NCBI RefSeq assembly: GCF_009914755.1
Contig: NC_060938.1
DNA: 64,000 bases
Reading direction: 5' to 3' (one strand)
Source: the human T2T-CHM13v2.0 reference genome, Homo sapiens
The notes under the pieces are model-generated. The model was not told the origin of the DNA and did not search any database. It was given only the letters and a program-made list of their open reading frames with translations. How positions within the stretch are numbered: position 1 is the stretch's first letter; every line of letters starts with the position of its first letter. Both the position numbers and the translations under genes were made by a program. Below are positions 29,830 through 43,780 of this stretch, piece by piece.

Positions 29830-30040
29830 GAATCCAATGCAACTGACTGGAATGTAATGCACTGGAATGGAATGGAATCGAATGGAATGAGATGGAATGG
29901 AATGGGATTGAATCAAATGGATTCGAATGCAACTGACTGGAATGGAATGGAATCGAATGGAATGAGATGGAATGGAATGGAATCGAATCAAATGGAATTG
30001 AATGCAACTGACTGGAAAGTAATGCACTCGAATGGAATGG
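29830..30040 (+). repeat. Three copies of a 75-90 bp unit marked by GCAACTGACTGG
   Basis: GCAACTGACTGG occurs at 29839, 29929 and 30004; GAATGAGATGG occurs twice. Confidence 0.85.
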
Positions 30041-31100
30041 AATCGAATGGAATGCAATGGAATGGAATGGAATGGAGTGGAATGGAATGTAATCGAATGG
30101 AATGGAATGCAATGGAATGGAATGGAATGCAATGGAATGGAATGGAATGGAATGGAACAGAATGGAATCGAACAGAATGGAATTGAACGCAATGGAATGG
30201 AATGGAAAGGAATTGATTTGAATGGAATGAAACAGAATTTTATGTAATTGAATCGAATGGAATCGAACGGAAATGAATCAAATGTACTGGAATCAATAGG
30301 AATGCAATCGAATGGAATGGAATCGAATGGCAACGAATGGAATCGAATGGAATGCCGTGAAGTGGAGTGAAGTGTAATGGAGTGGAATGGAATGGAGTGG
30401 AGAGAAACGGAAGGGAGTGGAGTGGAATGGAATGGAATGGGTTCTCAAATGGAATAGACAGGAATGGAATGGACTAAAACGGATTGGACTCGAATGTAAT
30501 GAATTTGAATGGAATGGAATCGAACAGAATGGAATCGAATAGCATTAAATTGAATTGAATGAAATGCGATGAAGTAGAGTGGAGTGGTGTGGAATAGAAT
30601 GGAATGGAGTGGGGAGGAATTGAAATGAGTGGAGTGGAATGGAGTGGAATGGAATGAAAAGGAGTGGAGTGGAGTTGGGTCGAATGAGTGGGCAGGAATG
30701 GAAAAGAGTGGAATGGCATGGAATGGAGTGGAGTGGAGTGTAATGGAGTGGAATGGAGTGAAAAGGAGTGGAGTGGAATGGAGAGCATTGGAATGGAATA
30801 GAATGGAGAGGATTGGAATGGAATGGAGTAGAATGGAACGGAACATAATGTAACGGAGTGGAAGAGAATAGAGTGGAGTGGAGTGGAGTTGTTTGGAGTC
30901 GGTCAGAGTGCACTAGAAACGGATGGAAAGGAGTGGAGTGCAGTGGATTGGAATGGAGTTGAGTGGAGTGGAATGGAATGGAATGCAGTGGAATGAAAAG
31001 GAATGGAATGGATGTGGTGGATTAGAGTCGAGTAGAGGGGAGTAGAGTGGAGTGGAATGGAATGGAATTGAGTGGAATGGAATGGAGTGGAATGGAATGG

Positions 31101-34100
31101 AATGGAATGGAATGGGAATGAATGGAATGGACTCAAATGGAATGGAATGGAATGGAATTGAATTGAGTGGAATGGAATGGATTGGAATGGCCTTGAAAGA
31201 AATGGTATGTAGTGGAAAGGATACAAATGAAATAGAATGGATGGAACCCGAATGGAATGGAATGGAATGGAATGGAATTGAATGGAATGGAATGGACCCG
31301 AATGGAATGGAATGGAAACGAATGGACTAGAAAAGAATGGAATGGAATGAAATTCAATGGAATGGAATGGAATGTACTCCAATAGAATGGAATGCTATTG
31401 ATCCAAATGGAATGGCTTGTAACGGAGTGTAATGGACTCGAATAGAAATGAATGGAATGGACTCGAATAGAATGGAATGGAATGGACTGTAATGGAATGG
31501 AATGGAATGGACACAAATAGAATGGAATGGAATGAAATGGAACAGAACGGAACAGAATAACATGGAATGGAATGGAATGGACTCGAAAGGAATGGAATGG
31601 AATGGAATGGATTCGAATGGATTGTAATGGAATGGACACTAATGGAAGGGAATGGAATTTAATGGACGCCAATGGAATAGAATGGAATGGAATGGAATAG
31701 ATTCGAATGAAATGCAGCTGAATTGAATGCACTCGAAATGAATGGAATGGAATGGAATGGAATGGAATGGGATGGAATGGAATGGAATGGGATGGAATGG
31801 AATGGAATGGAATGGAATGGACTCGAATGGAATGGAAAGGAATGGAATGGCCTCAAACTGAATGGAATGGAATGGAATTGACCCGAGTGGAATGGAATGG
31901 ATTGGAATGGCCTTTAAAGAAATGGTATGTAATGGAATGGATCCAAATGAAATAGAATGGAAGTGACCTGAATGGAATGGAATGGAATGGAATGGAATGG
32001 AATGGAATGGAATAGAATTGAGTGGACTGGAATTGAATGGAATGGAATGGACCCGCATGGAATGGATTGGAATGGAATGGAGTAAACTCAAATAGAATGG
32101 AGTGGATTTGACTCGAATAGAAAGGAATGGAATAGACTGGAATCAAACGGAATGGAATGGAATGTATTGGACTCAAAAGGAATGGAACGGAGTGGACATG
32201 AATGGAATGGAATGGAATCAAATGGAATGGAAATGAACGGAATGGAATGGAATGGAAAGGAATGGACTTGAATGAAATAGAATGGAATGGAATGGACTTG
32301 AAAGGAAGGGAAGTGAATAGGGTCGAATGGAATGGAATGGATAAGAATGGAATGGAGTGGAATGGACTCGAAAGGAATTCAATTGAATTTAAGGGAAGGG
32401 ACTCTAATGGAATGGAAAGGAACGGACTCGAAAGGAAGAGAATGGAATGGATTCCAATGGAATGGAATTCAATTAGATGGACTCGAAGGGAAAGGAATGG
32501 AATGGACTGGAATGGAACGGAATGGAATTGAATGGACTCGAACTATATGGAATGGAATGCAATGGGATGGACTCAAGAGGAAAGGAATGGAATTGACTCA
32601 AATGGACTTGAATGGAGTGGACACAAATGGCATGGAATGTAATGGAATATAGTCAAATGGAATGGAATGGAAAGGACTCCAATGGAATGGAACAGAATGG
32701 AATGGATTCGAATGGAATGGAAAGGAGTGGACTCAAATGAAATGGGTTGGAATGTAATGGACTCGAATGGAATGGAATGTATTGAACTCAAATGGAATAG
32801 AATGGAATGCAAAGGACTCTTATGGAATTGAATGGAGTGGACACTAACAGAGTGAAATGAAATGGAATTGAATGCAATCGAAATGACTGGAACGGAATGG
32901 AATTGAATGAAATGGACTCGAATGGAATGGAATGGAATGCAATGGATTGGAATGCACCCGAATGGAATGGAATGGACTGGAATTGAACTGAATGGAATGG
33001 AACCGAAAGGAATGGAATGGAACGGATTCGAATGGAATGGAATGGAATGGACTCCAATGGAACGGAATGGAATGGAATTGATTCGAATGAAATGGAATGG
33101 AATGGACACGAATGAAATTGGTTGGAATGGAATGGAATCGAAAAGAAAGGAATGGAATGGACTCAAATGGAATAGACTGGAATGGAATGGACTCGAATGG
33201 AATGGATTGGAATGGACTCGAATGGAATGGCCTCGAATGGAACAGAATGGAATGGAATGGAATGAATTGGAATGGACCGGAATGGAATGGAATCCAATGG
33301 AATGGAGTGGAAAGAAATGAACTCGAATGGAATTTAATGGAATGGACTCGAATGGAATGGAATGGAATGGACTGGAATGTAATGTAATCGAATGGACTCG
33401 AATGGAAAGGAATGGACCGGAATGGATTGTAATGGAATGGAATGAAATGCAATGGAAGGGAATGAAGTGGAATAGAATGGAATGGAATGGAATGGAAGGG
33501 AAGGGAATGGAATGGAATGGAATGCAATGGCATTGGCTCGAAGGGAATGGAATTGAATGAAATGGCGTGGACTTGAATGGAATGGAATACAAATGAATGG
33601 AAACTAATGGAATTGAATCTAATGTTATGGAATGGAATGGACTCATATGGAATAGAATGGAATGGATTCGATTGGAATGGAATGGAATGGAATGTACTCG
33701 AATGGAATGGAATGGAACAGACTCGAAAGGAATGGCATGGTCTTGAAAGGAGTGGAATGGAATTCAATGGAATGCACGAGAATGGATTGGAATGGAATGG
33801 ACTCAAATGGAATGGAATAGAATGGAATGGACTCCAATGGAATGGAATGGAAAGGAATGTATTCGAATGGAATGGAATGTACTCGAATGGAATGGAATGG
33901 AAGGGAATCGACATGAATGGAATGGAATGGAAAGGAATGGACTCGAAAGAAAAGGAATGCAATGGAATGTACCCAAATGAAATAGAAAGGAAGGGACCCG
34001 AATGGACTGGAATTGAATGGAATTGATGGAATACAATGGAATGGATTCGAATGGAATGGAATGGAATGGAACGGAATGGAATGGAAAGAAAACGAATGGA

Positions 34101-37100
34101 ATGGAATTGAATAGAATGGACGCTAACGGAGTGGAATGAAAACCAATGGATTGGAATTGAATAGAATGGACTCTAATGGAATGGAATGGAATGGATAGGA
34201 CTCGAGTGGAATGGAAAGGACTGGAATGAAATTCAATACAGCGGAATGCAATAGAATGGAATGGATTGGAATGGACCCGAATGCAATGGACTGGAATGGA
34301 ATGGAAAGGACTCGAATGGAATGGAATGGAATGGAAAGGAATGGAATGGACTCTAATGGAAAGGAATGGAACTGAATGGAATGGAATGGAATTAAATGCA
34401 ATGGAATGGAGTGGACCCGAATGGAATGGAATGCAATGGAATGGAATGGACTTGAATGGAATGGAAAGTACATAAATTGAATGGAATGGAACGTTAAGAA
34501 ATGGACTCGAATGAAATGGAATGGAATCGAGAGAAATGGTATGGAATTGAATGGACTAGAAAGGAATGGAATGGAATGGAATGGAATGGAATGGAATGGA
34601 ATGGAATCGATTTGAATGGAATGGAATGGAACCGAATGGAATGCGTTGGAATGGAATAGAATGGATTCAAATAGAATGAAATGGATTTGACTTGAATAGA
34701 ATGGAATGGAATAGACTGGAACAGAATGGAAAGGAATAGACTGGAATCGAATGGAATGGAACAGAATGGAATGGAATCCAATGGTTTGGAATGGATTCAA
34801 CTTGAATATAATTGAATGGAATAGACTGGAATAGAATGGAATGGAATAGACTGGAATCGAGTGGAATGGAAGAGAATGGAATGGACTCGAATGGAATGGA
34901 ACGGAATGGACACGAATGGAATGGAATGGAATGGACTTGAATGGAATTGATTTCAATGGAATGGACTCAAATGGAATGGAATAGATTGGAATGGATCGGA
35001 CTCGAATGGAATGGAATGGAATGGAATGGAGAGCACACGAATGGATTGGAATGTAATGGACATCAATTGAAAGGAATTGAATGGAATGGAATGGAATGGA
35101 AGGGAAAGGAATGGAATGGAAGGGAGTGGAGTGGAATGGAATGGAATCGAATGGAATGGAGTGGAATGGAATGGAAAAGAATTGTATGGAATCGAATGGA
35201 CTTAAATGGCATAGAATGGAATGGAATCAAATGGACTTGAAAGGAATGGAAGTGAATTTATTCGAATGGAATGGAAAGGACAGGCATGGAATGGAATGGA
35301 ATGCACTTGAATGTATTTAAATACAATGGAATAGAATGGAAAAGAGTGCAACGGACTCGAATGGAATGGAGAGGAATGGAATGGAATCGAATGGAATGGA
35401 ATCGAATGCTATGGAATGGAATGGACCCGAATGAAATGGAATGCAAAGGAATGGAATGGAATGCAATGGAATGAAATGGAATGCAATGGAATGGAATTAT
35501 ATAAAACGGAATGGAATAGACTTGAATGGAATGGAAAGGACTCAAAAGGAATGGAATGGAACGTTAAGAAATGGACTCGAATGGAATTGAATGGACTTGA
35601 ATGTAATGGAATGGAATTGAATGGAGTAGAATGGAATGGAATGTAGAGGAATAGAATGGTATCGAATGGAATGGAATGGAATGGAATGGAATGAAATGGA
35701 TACTAATGGAATGAAATGGAATGGAATGAAATGGAATGGCATGGAATGGAATGGACTCGAATTGAATGGAATGGTGTGGACCCGAACAGAATGGATTGGA
35801 ATGGAATGAAATGGAGTCTAATAGAATGGAATGGATTGTACTCGAATAGAATGGAATGGAATAAACTGGAATCGAACAGAATGGAATGGAATGGAATAGA
35901 ATGGAATGGAACGGAATGGATACAAATGAAATGGAATGGAATGGAGTGGAAAAGAATTGAACGGAATGGAAAGCAATTGAACGGAATGGTATGGAAAGGA
36001 ATAGAATTGAATGAAATAGAATGGAATGCAATGGACTCGAAAGGAATGGAATTGAATAGTCTCGAATGGAATGGAATGGACTCAAAAGGAGTGAAATGGA
36101 ATGGACTGTAATGGAATTCAACTGAATTTAAGGGAAGGGACTCTAATGGAATGGAATGGAACGGAATCAAAAGGAATAGAATGGAATGGACACGAATGGA
36201 ATGGAATGCAATGAAATGGAATTGAATGAACTCGAAAGAAATGGAATGCAATGCAATGAGATGGACTCAAAAGGAATGTAATGGAATGGACTCGAATGGA
36301 ATGAAATGCAATGGAATAGACACGAATGAAATGGAATGGAATGGACATAAATGGAATAGAAATGAGTGGAATAGAGTCAAATGGAATGGATTGGAATGGA
36401 CTCAAAAGGACTGGAATGGAATGGAATGGCCTCGAATGGAATGGGTTGGAATGGAATAGACTCGAAAAGAATGGAATGGTATGGACTCAAAAGGAATAGA
36501 ATGGAATGGAATGGACTTGAATGGAATCGAATGGAATGGACTCGAATGGAAAAGAATGGAATGGAATCGAACGGAATGGAGTGGAATGAAATGAACTCAA
36601 ATGGAATGTGATGGAAAGGACTCAAACGGAATGGAATGAACTCGAATGGAATGTCATCGAATGAACTCGAATGGAATGGAATGGACTCCAATGGAATGGA
36701 ATTCAAGGGATCAGAATGGAATGGAATGGAAAGGAATGGGAAAATGGACCGGAATGGAATGGACTGGAATAGAATGGACTCAAAGGGAATGGAATGGAAT
36801 GGAATGGAATGGAATTTAATGGACTCGAATGGAATTAAATGGAATATAATTGAATGGACACTAATGAAATGGAATCTAATGGGATAGGATTTAATGGACT
36901 CGAATGGAATAGAATGGAATGGACTCATTTGGAATAGAATGGAATGGAGGGAAATCGAATGGAATGGAATGGAATGGAATGGAATCCAACAGAATGGAAT
37001 GGAATGGTTTCGAAAGGAATAAAATGGAATGCAATGGAATGGACGCGAATGGAATGAAATGGAATGGACTCTAATGGAATGGAATGGATTGGAATGGAAT

Positions 37101-40100
37101 GGAATGGAAAGGATTGGAATGGAATGGAATGGAGTGGAATGAAGTGGAATAGAATGGAACGGAATGGTATGGAAGGGAATTGACTCGAATGGAATGGAAT
37201 ATAATGGAATAAAATGGACTCGAAAGGGATGGAATTGAATGTACTCGAATGGAATGGAATGGAAATGCATGGAATGGAATGGACTTCATTGTTTTGGAAT
37301 AGAATGGACTCGAGTGGAATAGAATGTAACGGACTCTAATGGAATGGAGTGGAATGAAATGGACTTTAATGGAGTGGAATTGAATGGAATTTAATGGAAT
37401 GGAATAGAATGGAACGGTCTCGAAAGGAATGGAATGGAATGCAATGGAATGGACGTGAATGGAAGGGAATGGAATGGCTTCGAATGAAATGGAACAGAAG
37501 GGAATGGACGCGAAAGGAATGGAATAGAATGGATTGGACTCCAATAGAAAGGAATGTAATGGAATGGAATCGAGTGGAATGCAATGGAATGGAATGGAAT
37601 GGAAGCGACTCAAGTGGAATGGAATGAAATGAAATGGACTTGAAAGAAATGGAATGTAGTGGAATGGACCTAAATGACATGGAATGGAAGGGACCCTAAT
37701 GGAATGGAATGGAATGGAATGGAATGGAATGGAATCGAATCGAATCGAATTTAATAAAATTGAATAGAATGGACTGGAATGGAATGGAATTGAACAGATA
37801 GGACTCGAGTGGAATAGAATGGACTGCAATGGAATGGATTGGAATCGAATGGAATGGAATTTAATGAACCTGACTGGAACAGAATATAATAGAATGGACT
37901 CGAATGGAATGGAATGGATCGAATAGGATGGAAAGGAATGGACCCGAATGGAATGGAATGGAATGGAATGGAATGGAATGGAATTTAAAGGAAGGGAATG
38001 GAATGGACTCAAAAGGAATGGAAGGGAATGGAATGGAATGGCATTAAGTGGACTCGAATGGAATGGAATGGACTCAAATGGAATGGAATAGAATCGAATG
38101 GACTAGATATGAATTAAATGGAATGGAATGGAATGGAATGGAACGGAACGGAACAGAATGGAATGGAATGGAATTGAATGGAATGGAATGGAATCGAATC
38201 GAAAGGAATGGAATGGAAAGGAAAGGAACTGTCTACAGTGGAATGGAATGGAATGGAATGGACTCGAAATGATTGGAATGAAATGGAATAGATTCGAATT
38301 CAATGAAATGGAACGGACACGAATGGATTGGAATAGAATGGAATGGACTCGAATGGAATCAAATGGAAAGGACTCGAAAGGAATGGAATAAAATGGAATG
38401 GAATCCAATGGAATGGAATGGAAAAGACTCGAAAGGAAGGGAATGATATGGACTCGATTAAAATGGAAAGAACTCGAATGGAATGGAATGGAAAGAACAC
38501 AAATGGAATGGAATGGAATTGAATGTAATCAAATGGGATGGAATGGACTTGAATGGAATGGAATGGAATGGATTGGATTCTAATGGAATGAAATAGAATG
38601 GACTGGAATGTAATGGGTTTGAATGGAATGGATTTGAATAGCTTGGAATTTAATGGACTCAAATGGAATAGCATGGAATGGAATGGAATGGAAAGGAATG
38701 GACAGGAATGGAAAGGAGTGAAATGGACTCGAATGGAATGGAATGGACTACAACGGAAAGGAAATGACTCGAATGGAATATAATGAAATTTAATGGAATG
38801 GACTCTAATGGAATGGAGTCCAGTGAAATGGAATGGAATGGAAACGAATGGAATAGAATAGGATGTATTCAAATGGAATGGAATGTAATGGAATGGACTC
38901 GAATGGAAAGGTTTGGAACGGAATGGACACGAATGGAATGGAATGAAAAGGAATTCACTCAAATGGATTGGAATGGAATGGACTCGAATGGAATGGAATG
39001 GAATCGAACAGAATGGAATGGAATGGAAATGAATTCGTTCGAATGGAATGGAATGTAATGCAATGGGTTCCAATGGAATAGAAGGAAACGTACTCAAACG
39101 GAATGGTGAGGAAAAGAGTGGACTCGAATGGTACGGATTGGAATGGAATCAATTGGAATGGAATGGAATGGAATTGAATGGACTCAAATGGAATGAAATG
39201 TAACGGAATGGAATGGACTAGAATGGAATGGAAGTTAATGAAATGAAATTTACTAAAATGGAGTGGAATGGAATGGAATGGACTAGAAAGGAATGTAATG
39301 GTTTGGAATGGAATGGAATAGAATGGAATGGAATGGAATTGAATCGAATGGAATGGAAAGGAATGGAATGGATTGGAAAGGAATTGTCTACAGTGCAATG
39401 GAATGGACTCGAAATGATTGGAATGAAATGGAATAGATTCGAATTCAATGAAATGGGATGGACTCGAAATGATTGGAATGAAATGGAATAGATTTGAATT
39501 CAATGAAATGGAATGGACACGAATGGATTGGAATGGAATGGAATGGACTCGAATGGAATCAAATGGAAAGGACTCGAAAAGAATGGAATAAAATGGAATG
39601 GAATCCAATGGAATGGAATGGAAAAGACTCGAAAGGAATGGAATGGAATGGACTCGATTAAAATGGAAATAACTCGAATGGAAAGGAATGGAAAGAACAC
39701 AAATGGAATGGAATGGAATTGAATGGAATCAAATGGGATGGAATGGACTTGAATGGAATGGAATGGAGTGGAATGGAATTGAATGGAATGGAAGAGAATG
39801 GACTCGAATGGAATGGAATGTAATAGAATGGAATGGAATAGAAAGGAATGCACTCGAATGGAATGGAATGGATTGAAATGGAGTGGAATAGAATGGAGAG
39901 GACTCGTGTGGAATGGAATGGAATGGAATGGAGTGGACTCGAATGGAATGGAATGGAAAGGAATGGACTCGAATGGAATGGAATGGATTCAAATGGAGTG
40001 GAATTGAATGGAATGGAATGGACTCGAATGGAACGGAATGGAATGGAATGGATTGGAATGGACTCGAATGGAATGGCATGGAATTGATCCGAATGGAACT

Positions 40101-43100
40101 GAATGGAAAGGAATGGAATGGAATGGAATGGAACGGAATTTAATGGAATGGACTCGAATGGGATTGAATGGAATGGAATGGACTCGAATGGAATGCAGCT
40201 GAATTGAAAGGACCTGAAAGAAATGGAAAGGAATGGAATGCAATTTAATGGAATGGAAAGGAGTGGAATTGAATGGAATGGAATGGAATGAAAAGGACTT
40301 GAAAGGAATGAAATAGAATGGAATGGACATGAATGAAATGAATGGACCCGAATGAAATGGAATGGAATGTAATTGACTCGAGTGTATTGGAATGGAATGC
40401 ACTCGAATGAAATGAAATGCAGTGGAATGTATTGGAATGAAAAGCAATGGAATGGAACAGACTCGAATGGAATGGAATGGACTCCAATGGAATGGAATGG
40501 AATTGAAACGAATGGAATGGAATGGAATGGATAGGCATGGAATACAAAGGAATGGACTGGATTGTAATAGAATTGAATGGAATGGAATGGACTCAAATGC
40601 AATGGAATGGAATGGACTCGAAAGGAGTAGAATGGCATTTAAAGGATTAGCATCTAATGTAATGGACTTTAATGGAAAGGAAAGGAAGGGATTCGAATGG
40701 AATTGAATGGAAAGGAATGGACTCAGGTGGAATGGAATGGAAAAGACACGAATGAAATGGACACGAATGAAATGGAATGGAATGGAATGGAGTGCAGTGG
40801 AATGGAATGGAATTGAACAGAATGGAATGGAGTGGAATGGAATGGAATGGAGTGGAATGGAATGGAATGGAGCTGAATGGAATAGAATGCAATCGAATCG
40901 AATGGACTGGAAAGGAATGGACTCGAATGGAATGGAATGAACTCCAATTGAATGGAAAGGAATGAAATGGACTCGAGTGGAATGGAGTGGAATGGACTCA
41001 TGTGGAATGAAATGCAATGGACTCGAATTCAATAGAATAGATTGAAATGGACTCGAATGGAATGTCATGGTATACAATGGAAAGGAATGCATTGGACTTG
41101 AATGTTATGGAATGAAATGGACTCGAATGGAATGGAAAGGACTGGAGTGGAATGGAATGGAATCAAATAGAATCGAATGGGTTGGAGTGGAATGGATTCG
41201 AATGGAATCAAAAGGAATTTAATGGATTCAAGTCCAACGGAATGTAATGGTATGGAATGGACTCGAATGGAATGGAATGTAATGGAATGAAATGGACTCG
41301 AATGGAATGAAATGGAATTGAATGAAATGGAAAGGAATGGAATGGAATGTACTCTAATGCTATGGCATGGAATTGAATAGATTACAAGTTAATGTAATGT
41401 AATGGAATGGAATGGACCCGAATCGAATGGAAAGGAATTCACCCTAATGGAATGGGATGGAATGGAATGGAATGGAATGGAATGGAATGGTATGCAATGG
41501 AATGGACTTGAATGGAAGAGAATGTAATGTACTGGATTGGACTCGAAAGGAATGGAATGGAATGGACTCGAATAGAATGGAATGGACATGAAGGGAACGG
41601 AATGGAATGGAATGATCTCGAATAGATTAAAATGGAATTTAATGAAATGGAATCTAATGAAATGGAATGGAATAGACTTGAAAGGAATAGAATGGAATAT
41701 ATTCGAAAGGAATGGAATGTAATCAATGTACCTGAGTTGAATGGAATGGAATGGACTCGAATGGAATGGAATGGAATGGACTCAAATGGAATAGAATGCA
41801 AAGGAATATACTCGAATGGAATGGAATGGAATTGACTCGAATGGAATTGAATGGACTGGACCTAAATGGAATGGAATGGAATGGAATTGACTCGAATTAA
41901 ATGCAATGGAATGGAATCGGCTCAAATGGAATAGAATGGAATGGAATGGAAAAGAATGGAATGGAATAGAATGGACTGGAATGGAAAGGGTTTGAATGGA
42001 ATGGACTTGAATTAAATGTATTGGAAAGGAATCGAGTGGAATTGCATGGAATTTAAAGTAATGGACTCTAATGGATTGGAATCCAATGAAATGGAATGGA
42101 ACAGACTCGAATGGAACAGGACGGAATGTACGCGAATGGAATGGAATGCAATAGAGTGGACTCGAATGGAAAGGGTTGGAACATCTTGGGCTGGAATGGA
42201 ATGGAATGAAATGGAATGGACTCCAATGGAATGGAATGGAATGGACTCGAATGGAAAGGAATGGATGGCATTGAATTGGATCGAATGGAATGGAATGTAA
42301 TACAATGGATTCGAAAGGAATAGAATGGAATGTACTCGAATGGAATTGAGAGGAATGGAGTGGACTCAAATGGAACGGAGTGGAATGGAGTTAAATGGAA
42401 AGGAAAGGAATTGAATGAACTCGAATATAATGGAATGTAACGGAATGGAATGGACTCGAATGGAATGCAAGTTAACGGAATGAAATTTACTCAAATAGAT
42501 TGGACTGGAATGGAATGGACTCAAAAGGAATGGAAATGAATGCAATGGAATGGAATGAAATGAAATGGAATGGAAGGGAATTGAATGGAATCGACTTCAG
42601 TGGAATAGAATGGAAAGGAATGCACTCATAAAGAATGGAATGGAGTCTAATGGAATGGAATGGAATGGACAGCAATGGAATGGAATGGACTCCAGTGGAT
42701 TGAAATGAAAAAGACTCGAATGGCATGGAAGGGAATGGAATGGAATGGAAGGGAATGGAATGGAATAGACTTAAAAGAAATGGAATGGAATGGACTGGAA
42801 TGGAATGAAATGAACTCGAATGGAAGGGATTGGAAAGGACCAAAATGGAATGAAATGGAACGGTATGGAATCGAATGCGATGGAATGGACTTGAATGGAA
42901 TGTAATGGAGTGAAACGGAATTGAATGGAATGGAAGGGAGTGGAATCGAATGGAATGGAATGTAAAAGAAAGGAATGGAATTGAATGGAAGGAATGGACA
43001 CTAATGGAATGGAATGGATTGAAATGTAGTGGAATAGAATGGAAACGACAAGAGTAGAATAGAATGGAAGGGAATGAAGAGGATGCGAATGGAACAGAAT

Positions 43101-43780
43101 GGAATGGAATGGAATGGACGCGAAAATAATTGCGTGAAATTCACACGAATGGAATGGAATGGAATGGAATGGAAACCAATGGAATGGAATGGAATGGAAT
43201 GGAATGGAATGCAATGGACTCCAATGGAATGGAATCGAATGGAATGGACCCGAGTGGAATGAAATGGAATGGACTAGAATGGAATATAATGGAATGGAAT
43301 CGACACGAATGGAATGGAATGGAATGGAATCTAATGGAATGGACTCGAACGGAATGTAATGGAATGGACTCTAATGGAATGGAAAAGAATCCACCCGAAT
43401 GAAACGGAATGGACTCGAATGGAATGGAGAGGAATCCACACGAATGTAATGAAATGGAATGGAATGGACTCAAATGAAATGGAATGGAAAGGACTCCAAC
43501 GGAATGGAATGGAATGGAATGGACAAGAATGGAATGGAACGTACTCAAATGGAATGAAATGCAATGCAATGGAATGGAATGGAATATAAAGAAATGTACA
43601 AGAATGGAATGGAATGGAATGGAATAAATTGAATGCAACGTAATGGAATGGAATGGAAAAGAATAGAATCAAATAGAATGGAATGGAATGGATTCGAATA
43701 GAATGAAATAGAATGGAATGGACTCGAATGGAATGGAATGGAAAGGACTCGAATGGAATGGAATGGTCTCCAATGGAATT
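31101..43780 (+). repeat. HSat3 domain B: GGACTCGAAT-rich, GGAGT-poor
   Basis: (GGAGT)n runs and the GCGGTGAAGT landmark disappear after ~31090. GGACTCGAAT, GGACTTGAAT, GGACTCAAAT and GGACCCGAAT dominate, and CAACTCGAGT is essentially absent. Boundaries are approximate. Confidence 0.8.
38225..39770 (+). repeat. Dispersed duplication of a ~350-bp block (38225-38570 and 39380-39770, offset ~1200); second copy has an internal 55-bp tandem duplication
   Basis: Both copies share the rare strings TGTCTACAGTG, GACTCGATTAAAATGGAAA and GAAAGAACACAAATGG. GAATCCAATG is at 38401 and 39601. GACTCGAAATGATTGG is at 39406 and 39461. Confidence 0.9.

Larger units (their letters stand above)
1..31100 (+). repeat. 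HSat3 domain A: GGAGT-rich, highly diverged, with a loose ~0.2-1.5 kb recurring module
   Basis: (GGAGT)n-rich blocks alternate with TCGAAT/TCAAAT-rich blocks. The landmark GGCATCGAATGGAATCGAATGGAATGCGGTGAAGTGGAGT and its variants recur at about 367, 3456, 9892, 13538, 14348, 16908, 20566, 21731, 29659 and many other sites. The right boundary is approximate. Confidence 0.8.
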
